Of a stretch of 64,000 bases of DNA, positions 18,184-26,831 are shown piece by piece. Origin of the DNA: a virus. Its lineage: Duplodnaviria > Heunggongvirae > Uroviricota > Caudoviricetes. Position numbers and translations under genes: made by a program. Positions within the stretch are counted from its first letter, which is position 1. The number at the start of each line of letters is the position of its first letter. The notes below the pieces were generated by a model. That model did not search any database. It saw nothing but the letters and a program-made list of their open reading frames with translations, and had not been told where the DNA came from. The DNA is taken from the IMG/VR virus record IMGVR_UViG_3300022750_000190; one strand, 5' to 3'.

Positions 18184-18262
18184 GATGAATATGGTTACTA
18201 CATGACAAAATAGTTAGCGGTTAAACCTGCAACAGTTCGACCATTTAGTAACCATATTCGTC
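18184..18262. repeat. 17-bp inverted repeat flanking 45 nt
   Basis: GATGAATATGGTTACTA (18184-18200) / TAGTAACCATATTCGTC (18246-18262), one G-U-compatible mismatch. Confidence 0.85.
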
Positions 18263-18388
18263 AAAACACTTTACATAGTTCAGAATTTTTGCTATTATTA
18301 CTTTGCTTTAAAATTTTACACTCAAAAACTTATCTTAAAACGATCTTATTAATTAATAATTCAAAAAAAACAACCATCGATTGGAGAT

Positions 18389-18634
18389 ATGTTTATGAGT
18401 AAATATCGTGTATTTGAAGCTGGAAAACGCTGCACTGAGTACAACATCAAAGGTTGGGATAAAGACACCTTTGATACAAAACGAGAGGCAGAGATTTTTG
18501 CCTATCATTGGGCTTTCCCAATGTCATATAGTGCTTGTGTTGAATTTGCAGATACTATGGATATAAATGTAGAATACAACTATTCTACTTGCGAATTCCC
18601 TGTAATGATGAAAATTGAGGAAGTAGACGAATGA
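18389..18634 (+). CDS. hypothetical protein
   Basis: GGAG RBS, 81 aa. Confidence 0.7.
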   Translation: MFMSKYRVFEAGKRCTEYNIKGWDKDTFDTKREAEIFAYHWAFPMSYSACVEFADTMDINVEYNYSTCEFPVMMKIEEVDE

Positions 18635-18888
18635 AGGCTTATACAGATTATCCTATGACTCATCTTGGCGACAAATCAGGTGAGCAAGCTCCAATTCGTG
18701 AGATTTTCATTCATGGTTGGGATGGCAACAAATGTGTTTACATTACAGTTGAAGGAACTGTCACTTCAATTAAATATGGCTATATCTATGCTTCTTCTGC
18801 TCGTTGTGGTGAAGTGAATTGCATTCATTACAGTCAATATAAAGTGTTAAGCGCAGAAGAAATTGATGAACTTTGCGAGGAAGATTGA
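18631..18888 (+). CDS. hypothetical protein
   Basis: ATGA overlap; MKAYTDYP...WDGNK...IKYGYIY. Confidence 0.75.
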   Translation: MKAYTDYPMTHLGDKSGEQAPIREIFIHGWDGNKCVYITVEGTVTSIKYGYIYASSARCGEVNCIHYSQYKVLSAEEIDELCEED

Positions 18889-19071
18889 ATGATTACTTAT
18901 AAACAACTACCATCAAGTGTGGCTGTTTTCCTTGATGGCAAACGTGTTGGTCAAATCAAGGCATGGAAATCAGAAGGATTTAGGTATTACGCAAAAGGAT
19001 TCAAGGACGGTGGAGTTGTTTTCCCAACTGTTGAGAAAGTGAAGTACTCTCTCGAAAATGACATGGAATAA
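18889..19071 (+). CDS. small hypothetical protein
   Basis: 60 aa, abuts upstream stop. Confidence 0.7.
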   Translation: MITYKQLPSSVAVFLDGKRVGQIKAWKSEGFRYYAKGFKDGGVVFPTVEKVKYSLENDME

Positions 19072-19074
19072 TGC

Positions 19075-19103
19075 TTGCATTGAGCAAAAACCTTTGGTAT
19101 AAT
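19075..19103 (+). promoter_or_regulatory. sigma70 promoter for the ncRNA-tRNA unit
   Basis: TTGCAT-17 nt-TATAAT. Confidence 0.75.
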
Positions 19104-19142
19104 TAACATATCAAATAGAGAATTTGGAGTCATTGTTAAAGA

Positions 19143-19267
19143 TGGCTGGATGATAGCGGCGGCGGGCGAATCATCAAAGACTTTTAGTCTTATCTGGCGC
19201 GTGAATAAAGAGCATTACCATTTTATAGTGGTGATTAAAACGGTTGGGTGAACCGGCTCTTTAGCCA
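19143..19267 (+). ncRNA. candidate structured ncRNA immediately upstream of the tRNA
   Basis: GC-enriched, no ORF; nested stems TGGCT/AGCCA, GATGAT/ATCATC, AAGACT/AGTCTT, AAAGAGC/GCTCTTT, ATTACCATT/AGTGGTGAT, CGGTT/AACCG. Confidence 0.5.
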
Positions 19268-19274
19268 GAATTTT

Positions 19275-19350
19275 GGTTGTATAGCTCAGTTGGTAGAGCG
19301 TGCCCTTCATACGGGTAATGTCGTAGGTTCGATCCCTATTGCAACCACCA
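19275..19350 (+). tRNA. tRNA with CAT anticodon (elongator Met; Ile2 not excluded)
   Basis: 76 nt cloverleaf: GGTTGTA/TGCAACC acceptor, GCTC/GAGC D stem, TGCCC-TTCATAC-GGGTA anticodon arm, GTAGG-TTCGATC-CCTAT T arm, encoded CCA. Confidence 0.95.
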
Positions 19351-19378
19351 CTACTTAAATCTAAAAAGGCTTTTAAAA

Positions 19379-19744
19379 ATGAAATATGCACGCGATATTC
19401 AATCGTTGTTTATCATTTTCCTCTCCATAACTACACCAGTCAATTTAATTGCTATTTTTGCAAAATTCCCAATGTCGAATGTAAGCAATTTTAAATTCTC
19501 TTTTTATATTTTTGCTGTTATGGGACTTTTGGCGTTCATGTTTTGTAGAGCACATATTGCTGTTTACTCTATGAAATCTTTTTCATTCCTTTCGAATTTC
19601 TACATGGCTGTTTTAGCTGTATCTTCCATACTCTCGGTTTCGATGATTTACAGTCCTGTATTCTTCCTTTTTGTTCCGCTTCCATTCATCTGGCTTTACC
19701 TGATGGCTTCTGAAACAAATAACAAAAAATTGGTGAATACATGA
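19379..19744 (+). CDS. small membrane protein (about 4 TM)
   Basis: Mostly hydrophobic 121 aa. Confidence 0.7.
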   Translation: MKYARDIQSLFIIFLSITTPVNLIAIFAKFPMSNVSNFKFSFYIFAVMGLLAFMFCRAHIAVYSMKSFSFLSNFYMAVLAVSSILSVSMIYSPVFFLFVPLPFIWLYLMASETNNKKLVNT

Positions 19745-19926
19745 TTACTTCTAGCAAGGCTTATCGTTTTGAAATGCTTGACAGTTCTCTTCCTGTTGGA
19801 CATGAGTATTACGAGTTTTCTTATACTGTTTTTGAGCCTGATTGGTATAGTGCTTTCAAACAAGCACTTAACGATAATAGAAATGCAATTGTTATTTCAC
19901 ACGAAGAAATTAAAATCAAACAATAA
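19741..19926 (+). CDS. small hypothetical protein
   Basis: ATGA overlap, 61 aa. Confidence 0.65.
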   Translation: MITSSKAYRFEMLDSSLPVGHEYYEFSYTVFEPDWYSAFKQALNDNRNAIVISHEEIKIKQ

Positions 19927-19941
19927 CTGGATTAATTCATC

Positions 19942-20274
19942 ATGACATCTCAAATTGCTATTGCTGTTGGTCATCGTTGTTCTGCAACTTCTGAAATTGC
20001 TGTTAATGCACCATATTGTGTGAAAATCTTCCCGCTTGGTCAAAACAAACAAGAAGTTATTGTTGGAACCTATTTTAAAAAAGAATTTGTATGTGATTCA
20101 ATTGACCTTATGAATTTTGACAAATCAGAAGTCATCAGCCATTTTGAAAATTTCAAAGACATTGTAGAAACACATACAAATCCAGAAGAATTCAATAGTA
20201 ATCAAGAGCATGACAAATGGATTAAAGATTTCAAAAATGCCTCGGTAGATATTGTTGTTCTTGTTGTAGATTAA
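19942..20274 (+). CDS. hypothetical protein
   Basis: 110-aa ORF. Confidence 0.7.
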   Translation: MTSQIAIAVGHRCSATSEIAVNAPYCVKIFPLGQNKQEVIVGTYFKKEFVCDSIDLMNFDKSEVISHFENFKDIVETHTNPEEFNSNQEHDKWIKDFKNASVDIVVLVVD

Positions 20275-20437
20275 TGCAAAATTGGTCAATATATGAATTA
20301 ATGACAGTAAAGAAAAGAGTATTGCCTCCTTTAAAAAATTTTCAGGAAAATAATAGCAACTAACTATTGTTTGCTTTATTTTCCTTTTTCTTGTATAATC
20401 AACGCATATCCATTCAATCCATATTGAGAATCAAATC

Positions 20438-20917
20438 ATGAGCAAAGATACTACTCTGGTTAATAATGTAGAAGTTCGTAACGAAGGCGTAATTCCTATG
20501 CGTGATGGCACTGTCGGTGTTGTTATTCATCATATCGTGGGTGAAGATGGTCTAAGCGACAAAGAACGTAATTTGAAAAATCAGCATACTATTCCTCTTT
20601 TTACTCTTGTCGAAATCGAAGCTGATGGTTCCGAAGAATTTGGGCTTCGTCTTTATGTGCAAGGTCATTCTCGTGACTGTGATGGCACTCCATTGTACAA
20701 TTTGACTCATGACTATCGAGTTGTAGGGAAAGACGTTAGCACTGATAGAATGCGTAATGCAAAAGATCGTTTGGAACATATGTTTGCTGTTATGGATACA
20801 GGGAAGGTTACTGGTGGCTATTCTGCTGATAGTCTTGTTGTTATCAGAACTGCTGATGAAGTAAAAAATCGACTGATTGAACATGGCTACATGGAAGAAA
20901 ATGGTAATTTGATTTAA
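20438..20917 (+). CDS. phage-type hypothetical protein
   Basis: LRLYVQGHSRDCDGTPLY motif. Confidence 0.8.
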   Translation: MSKDTTLVNNVEVRNEGVIPMRDGTVGVVIHHIVGEDGLSDKERNLKNQHTIPLFTLVEIEADGSEEFGLRLYVQGHSRDCDGTPLYNLTHDYRVVGKDVSTDRMRNAKDRLEHMFAVMDTGKVTGGYSADSLVVIRTADEVKNRLIEHGYMEENGNLI

Positions 20918-20943
20918 TCAAAAATAAAAATAGAGAAAATAAT

Positions 20944-21315
20944 ATGAATCAATTCACTAAAGAAGAACAGCTTTTCCAAACAATTCAAGATGCTTTTGAC
21001 GCACGTAGAATTGCAGATGCTAAATTTGCAAAAAGTGTTGAACAAGCAATGAATGAAAGAACCAAATTCCTTTCTAAACATGAAGGAAATATCAATTCGA
21101 TTTTGGAACTTTACAAAGATGCAGCACTTGCTTCTGCTGTTGCTCAAAAACGTTACATTTCTGATGATGTTGGCTTGCCCAAAAAGCCAGATCGCATGTT
21201 CGTTCTTGAAGAAGGCATTCGTCTTGAATGGGATTATGAAGATCGTGGCTACACAGAAAAAATGGTTGTTATCCCAACTTGGGATTATATTTTTCTTTTG
21301 CAAAAACCAGAATAA
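20944..21315 (+). CDS. hypothetical protein
   Basis: 123-aa ORF. Confidence 0.75.
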   Translation: MNQFTKEEQLFQTIQDAFDARRIADAKFAKSVEQAMNERTKFLSKHEGNINSILELYKDAALASAVAQKRYISDDVGLPKKPDRMFVLEEGIRLEWDYEDRGYTEKMVVIPTWDYIFLLQKPE

Positions 21316-21327
21316 GGATTCATTATT

Positions 21328-22164
21328 GTGAGTAATATTAAAGATTTTACAAAAGAAGATATTTTGAATAATGCTCTTTTGACTAGTCGCCCTGATGAAG
21401 AACCATATTACTATATGTATTCCATCGTTCGCGATGATATAGAAATGGATGAAGGAAAACGAATTTCGCAATCTGGACACGCTTTTACTGATTCGCTAGC
21501 ATCTGCAAAAGAATCTCATCCAGAAGCTCATGAAGGTTATCGTACTTGGGCTGCTAATAATTCACGCAATGGCGGTGCAAAAGTTGCGATGAAGTGTCGG
21601 AATGAATCCCAATTGATTATTGCATTTAATCTTGCAAGAAAGGCTGGTTTGCCATGTTCTATTGTTGTTGATAAAGGTCATATTATGCTACCTGATTTTG
21701 ATGGAAATCCTATTATTACAGCACTTGGTATTGGACCTTGTTCCAAAGAAGATGCCAAACATATTACTAAACGCTTTCAATGTATTCAAACGATTAAAGG
21801 AGCAGAAAAAAATAATATTCTAAATATTATTTCTAGTAATTCTAATATGAGTATTGGTAAAATTGTTGCTCAAAGATATCATGCATATTCAGGACTTGAC
21901 TTTTCTTTAATTCAGAATGAACCTGAACTTTATGAAAAACTAAAAAAAACAAAAATCACACAAGAACTGAAATTTTCTAGTAAACAAGATCTTTCAGACT
22001 TAATCCAATACATAACCAATAATGATCTCAATCATCATTTTGTTGCTGCCTCAACAGAGCTAGATGCTTTAGAAAATAATGGACCATTAACCGCAATTGC
22101 TATTGGACCTTGCACAAGTGAAGAAGCTCAATATATAAAAACTACTTTTAATTTGATATTTTAA
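21328..22164 (+). CDS. pth2: Peptidyl-tRNA hydrolase 2 (Pth2) family, two tandem domains
   Basis: Domain 1 GKRISQSGHA...KVAM...VVDKGH...TALGIGP; domain 2 GKIVAQRYHA...TAIAIGP. Confidence 0.8.
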   Translation: MSNIKDFTKEDILNNALLTSRPDEEPYYYMYSIVRDDIEMDEGKRISQSGHAFTDSLASAKESHPEAHEGYRTWAANNSRNGGAKVAMKCRNESQLIIAFNLARKAGLPCSIVVDKGHIMLPDFDGNPIITALGIGPCSKEDAKHITKRFQCIQTIKGAEKNNILNIISSNSNMSIGKIVAQRYHAYSGLDFSLIQNEPELYEKLKKTKITQELKFSSKQDLSDLIQYITNNDLNHHFVAASTELDALENNGPLTAIAIGPCTSEEAQYIKTTFNLIF

Positions 22165-22298
22165 TTTTTGACAAGTATGGATACTACATCGCAAATGGAT
22201 TTGCAATTGTGCCCACCAAAGTATTATTTGCAGATTGACCAATTATAAAAAATGGGATATAATGCAACAACATAAAACCTAGCCTATTTGAGAAAATT

Positions 22299-22718
22299 AT
22301 GCCACGTATCGCTTTCGCTGCTGCTTACACAGATGAAGAATCAAATAATAAAATCAAAGCATTTGGGTTTGATAAAACAGACTTTCATATGACGACTTGC
22401 TTTGATACGTCTGCTGCCATTGGAGAGATGCCTGAGTATTCTTTTCCAAAACAAACAGCCACTATTAAAGCAGTTGTAGAATGGGCTGTTGGTGATGACA
22501 CATACCTTGTAGCTGAGCTTTCCGATTGCGATTGGAGCGAAGACCTCAATATGCTGATGAACGCTTATGGAGCCGTTGAAGACCTCCCACATAACCCTCA
22601 TTTGACTCTTATTAAAGGCAATGCAAAAAACACTGCGGATAAATATCAATCTCTTGTTGGTACTGTTTTAACATTTAATCGGCATGTTATTAAAGTTAAA
22701 AACATTTCCAAGAAGTAA
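22299..22718 (+). CDS. 2H phosphoesterase, Acb1/T4 gp57B-like
   Basis: Two HxT motifs (FHMTTCF, PHLTL); spacing, size and flanks (AAAY, EW...TYLV, YGA..D) match gp57B as recalled. Confidence 0.7.
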   Translation: MPRIAFAAAYTDEESNNKIKAFGFDKTDFHMTTCFDTSAAIGEMPEYSFPKQTATIKAVVEWAVGDDTYLVAELSDCDWSEDLNMLMNAYGAVEDLPHNPHLTLIKGNAKNTADKYQSLVGTVLTFNRHVIKVKNISKK

Positions 22719-22747
22719 AAAAAACGCTACCTAAGTAGCGTTTTTTA
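22717..22747. terminator. bidirectional terminator
   Basis: A-tract CGCTAC-CTAA-GTAGCG T-tract. Confidence 0.85.
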
Positions 22748-22757
22748 TTTATTTATT

Positions 22758-24722
22758 TTACTGTAATAAATTTACAGTAAAAGTTGATTCTTTACCTTCT
22801 TTTAAACCAGTACTTAATTCAGAATATCTTACTACAACCTGATTGTTAGAATTCAATTCTGCACTTTCCAATACCTTAGTCTTATAGTTTGATGCTGTTA
22901 TTCCTCCATTACCAATATACTTATCTAATCCTTTCGGAACAGTAATCATTGGATCTTGCCCTGTTGCATTCTTAAATGCATTTACTGTTTTAATAACATT
23001 GGCTTTATTATATTTTCCTGTACTCAAATCATCTACGATTAAATGTAGTTTATAAGATTGAGTTTTATCTATTGTAGACTTATCTAATGAATTAATAAAA
23101 GTTTCTAAATCAGTTTTTGTTGATAATGAACTTGTTTTAATTGTATTGTTCGCTAATAATCCTTTAACTGTTGTAGTGTTTGAAACACTTGCAGAATCAT
23201 CCGTGCTTGAACCAGTAGATACACAATTATTACTTGATTCTATAAATTCAGTTCCACGAGGATATGTTTTAACTCCTTTTGAATCTGTTGCTACATATCT
23301 GTATGATGTTACTGTTCCTGTATATCCTGATGGACATGCTTTAGTGCTTGTTTCAGTAGTTACATCACTTACAGTAGATTTACATGTACTGTTATATGTA
23401 GCTGGTGTATTTGATACGAATGAAGTTGTTGTTTGTTTAGTTGTACTACTATATGTATATACTCTAGTACCACTTTCTGTCACTTCTCCTGTATAATCGC
23501 TTGCTGAACCACCATAAACTCCTGCACAAGTTAATAATCTTGTTCCCGGTTCTTTTGTAACTTGGTCTGGAACATTAGTGCAAGTATTACTAATTTCTAC
23601 TGATGTCCAAGGTGTTGCGTTTTGCTCATTTAAAATAGCGATTTCAGCAGGAGTCTTAACAGAGTTTGCACTATATTCTTTATGCGTTCTACGTCCTTCC
23701 ATTACTCTGTAACCAGTTTGTCCTTCCCCACATGTCGTTCTTGGATCAACTCTTGTATCTGCAACAGTTTTATAACACGTAGTACCTGTGCCAATGTTTG
23801 ACCAAGCTGACCATGCTCTAGGACCATCTGACCATATTTGTCTTGTTCTAGTTTGATTTTGACCTGTACCACCCTCTGAATAAGGAGCCGGACATGCCAC
23901 TAATTGAGTCTGTGTTTCGTTTGATTGGAAAACAGATTTACATGTGTTACCTATTGTAGACCAACCAGTATAGTTAAATCTTTGACCACCATACGAATAT
24001 ACGGTTGTAGTATAAAACTCAAATGTTCTACTTTGTGTAATTACACCATCTGGCATTGTAGATGGACAAGCAACTGTTTGTGTTTCAGAACCTCTAACTG
24101 CACAATAGTCATTTACGTTATACCAAGCTGTTTGATTTCTCCATGTATTATCAGACCATAATTGATACTGGTAAGCATTTGTAAATGTACCTGATGAGGT
24201 AATTCTTCCCTGTCCATCAACTGGGGCACACGTATATTGTTGATAAAATGTTTGGGTACTTCTATATACTGCTACACAATAATCAGCTACGTTATACCAA
24301 CCTCCAAAATTACGAGTAGAACCATCAGACCACACTTCATAAGTTCTTCTTTGTAAGATATATCCACTTGGTCTGTCTGCTGGACAACCTACAGCATTAT
24401 CTTGAGTCGTCGTATAGCTATAAGTTGGTCCTGCTGGCGCAGAACAAACTTCATAATAGTCTACTATAACGTTTTTACCTACGTTACCTTCGCCTCTTTT
24501 GGCTCCTACTGTATATATATTTCCTCCATATGAAACACTACCACCTCTACCTGCTGCTACTCCTGCATATCCGCCATTTAAGGTTAAAGTATAATTGTTT
24601 ACACCTTGTGAGTTGTTGCTAAATAAAGTATTTCCTTTGCTATACGTACAAGCAGCGTAAGCTTGACCAAATACGCTCATCAATAGCAGAGAAAATAAAA
24701 TTCTTAATGTATTTTTTTTCAT
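22758..24722 (-). CDS. exported modular Cys-repeat protein, copy A (7 stalk modules)
   Basis: Signal peptide ending AYA; 16 Cys in pairs; WSDG repeats; conserved C-terminal domain. Confidence 0.9.
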   Translation of the reverse strand: MKKNTLRILFSLLLMSVFGQAYAACTYSKGNTLFSNNSQGVNNYTLTLNGGYAGVAAGRGGSVSYGGNIYTVGAKRGEGNVGKNVIVDYYEVCSAPAGPTYSYTTTQDNAVGCPADRPSGYILQRRTYEVWSDGSTRNFGGWYNVADYCVAVYRSTQTFYQQYTCAPVDGQGRITSSGTFTNAYQYQLWSDNTWRNQTAWYNVNDYCAVRGSETQTVACPSTMPDGVITQSRTFEFYTTTVYSYGGQRFNYTGWSTIGNTCKSVFQSNETQTQLVACPAPYSEGGTGQNQTRTRQIWSDGPRAWSAWSNIGTGTTCYKTVADTRVDPRTTCGEGQTGYRVMEGRRTHKEYSANSVKTPAEIAILNEQNATPWTSVEISNTCTNVPDQVTKEPGTRLLTCAGVYGGSASDYTGEVTESGTRVYTYSSTTKQTTTSFVSNTPATYNSTCKSTVSDVTTETSTKACPSGYTGTVTSYRYVATDSKGVKTYPRGTEFIESSNNCVSTGSSTDDSASVSNTTTVKGLLANNTIKTSSLSTKTDLETFINSLDKSTIDKTQSYKLHLIVDDLSTGKYNKANVIKTVNAFKNATGQDPMITVPKGLDKYIGNGGITASNYKTKVLESAELNSNNQVVVRYSELSTGLKEGKESTFTVNLLQ

Positions 24723-24960
24723 TTTTTATTATTTTTATAATTAAATAAAGATTAACATTAAAATTTTTTTGAAAATTGCTATTCGTCAGAAAGTTATAAA
24801 CCCTATATATTATCATATTTGAAAAACAATTGCAAGAACACTTATAATATATGACTAATTTTTATGATTTAGTTAACATATTAATGACATAAAAAAAATA
24901 AAAACAAATGTCAAAAAAAATTCCCACTAGTTATATTTATTAACAAATATGAATATTAAT

Positions 24961-24988
24961 AAAAAAACGCCACCTAAGTAGCGCTTTT
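24961..24988 (-). terminator. terminator of copy B
   Basis: CGCCAC-CTAA-GTAGCG, near-copy of the 22717 hairpin, A-tract on + strand. Confidence 0.7.
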
Positions 24989-25000
24989 AAATAATTGAAT

Positions 25001-26623
25001 TTACTTCAATAAATCAACAGTAAAGGTAGAGTCTTCACTTTCTTTTAAACCTGTTGTTAATTCTGAATACTTAACTACCACTTGATTATTAGAATTTACA
25101 ACAGCGCTTTCTAATACTTTATTTTTATAGTTGTCAGCAGTTATTCCACCGTTACCAATATATTTATCCAAACTTCTTGGAACAGTAATTATTGGATCTT
25201 GTCCTGTTACACCCTTAAAGGCATTTACTGTTTTAACTACGTTTGCTTTATTATATTTCCCTGTGCTTAAATCATCAACTATTAAATATAATTTATATGA
25301 ACTATTAGTATCTATTGTTGTTTTATCAAGTGCATTAATAAACGCTTCCATATCAGTTTTTGTTGATAATGAACTTGTTTTAATTGTGTTATTTGCTAAT
25401 AATCCTTTTGATGTTTGAGAATTTGACACAGTTCCTGAATCATCATTACTTGCTCCAGTAGACACACATGTATTGTTTGATTCTATAAAGTCTGGACCAT
25501 TTGGATAAGTTTTAACTCCTTTAGTATCTGTTGCTACATATCTATACGATGTAATTGTTCCTGTATATCCTGTTGGACATGCTTTTGTACTATTTTCAGT
25601 TGTTACATCACTTACTGTAGATTTACATGTACTGTTATAACTTGGTGGTGTATTAGATACGAATGAAGTTGTTGTTTGTTTAGTTATACTACTATATGTA
25701 TAAACTTTTGTTCCTGTCTCTACCACTTCTCCTGTATAATCACTAGCAGATCCACCATAAATACTGGCACAAGTTAACAATCTAGTTCCCGGTTCAGTTG
25801 TAACTTTATCTGCAACATTTACGCAAGTATTTGCCACTTCAACTTCTGTCCATACTGTTGCGTTTTGCTCGTTTAAAGTTGCAATTTCTGCTGGAGTTTT
25901 ACCACTATTAGCACTATATTCTTTGTGAGTTCTTCTCCATTCCGTAATTCTATATCCAGTTTGACCTTCTCCACATGTTTTTCTGGAATTATCTTTTACA
26001 TCAGAGACTGTTTTATAGCAAGTGTTTGAAACAGTAGCCCAAGCTGACCATCCTCTTGCTCCATCTGACCAAATTTGCCTTGAACTAGTTTGTGTTATTC
26101 CATTACCACCTTCAGCATATGGTGCTACACAGGCTATTGCTTGTGAACGACCTTCTGTTGATTGATAAACAGCAACACATGTATTAGAAGTCGTTACCCA
26201 ATTAGAATAATTTTTTATAGAACCATCAGACCAAACTTCATAACTTTGTCTTAAATTTATAACTCCACTTGGCTGTGTTGCTGGACATGCTGATGTCGTA
26301 TAGTTATACCCTGTATAACTATAAGTTGGACCTGCTGGTCTGGAACAAACCTCATAATAATCTACTATAACGTTTTTACCTACGTTGCCCTCACCTCTTT
26401 TAGCTCCTACTGTATAAATATTTCCGCCATATGAAACGCTTCCCCCTTTTCCATTAGCAGAACCTACGTTTGCTCCATTTAGCCTTAAGCTAAAAGTATT
26501 CACGCCTTGAGAGTTATTAACAAACAAAGTGTTTCCAGCACTATATGTACAAGCTGCATAAGCTTGTCCAAATACACTCATCAATAACAGAGAGAATAAA
26601 ATTTTTAATGTATGTTTTTTCAT
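25001..26623 (-). CDS. exported modular Cys-repeat protein, copy B (5 stalk modules)
   Basis: Signal peptide and tip nearly identical to copy A; shortest stalk. Confidence 0.9.
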   Translation of the reverse strand: MKKHTLKILFSLLLMSVFGQAYAACTYSAGNTLFVNNSQGVNTFSLRLNGANVGSANGKGGSVSYGGNIYTVGAKRGEGNVGKNVIVDYYEVCSRPAGPTYSYTGYNYTTSACPATQPSGVINLRQSYEVWSDGSIKNYSNWVTTSNTCVAVYQSTEGRSQAIACVAPYAEGGNGITQTSSRQIWSDGARGWSAWATVSNTCYKTVSDVKDNSRKTCGEGQTGYRITEWRRTHKEYSANSGKTPAEIATLNEQNATVWTEVEVANTCVNVADKVTTEPGTRLLTCASIYGGSASDYTGEVVETGTKVYTYSSITKQTTTSFVSNTPPSYNSTCKSTVSDVTTENSTKACPTGYTGTITSYRYVATDTKGVKTYPNGPDFIESNNTCVSTGASNDDSGTVSNSQTSKGLLANNTIKTSSLSTKTDMEAFINALDKTTIDTNSSYKLYLIVDDLSTGKYNKANVVKTVNAFKGVTGQDPIITVPRSLDKYIGNGGITADNYKNKVLESAVVNSNNQVVVKYSELTTGLKESEDSTFTVDLLK

Positions 26624-26790
26624 TTTTTTTGTTTTAATTATTATTTATCAATTATAACCTTATAATTTTATTACATCTGTAATAAAACAAAAAAACAATA
26701 AAATTCTATTATAATAACATATTTTTTCTCTTTCAATAAAACAAAAGAGAAAAATTTTCTCCGACAAAATAAAAAATTTATAACAAAAAT

Positions 26791-26816
26791 AAAAAACACC
26801 CTTTTCAGAGTGTTTT
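26791..26816 (-). terminator. terminator of copy C
   Basis: AAAACAC...GTGTTTT hairpin. Confidence 0.6.
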
Positions 26817-26831
26817 CTAAATACGATTATT

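Noticed and set aside
18201-18245. Degenerate tRNA (contains GTTCGA)
   Set aside because: Too short; no D arm or anticodon arm can be built.
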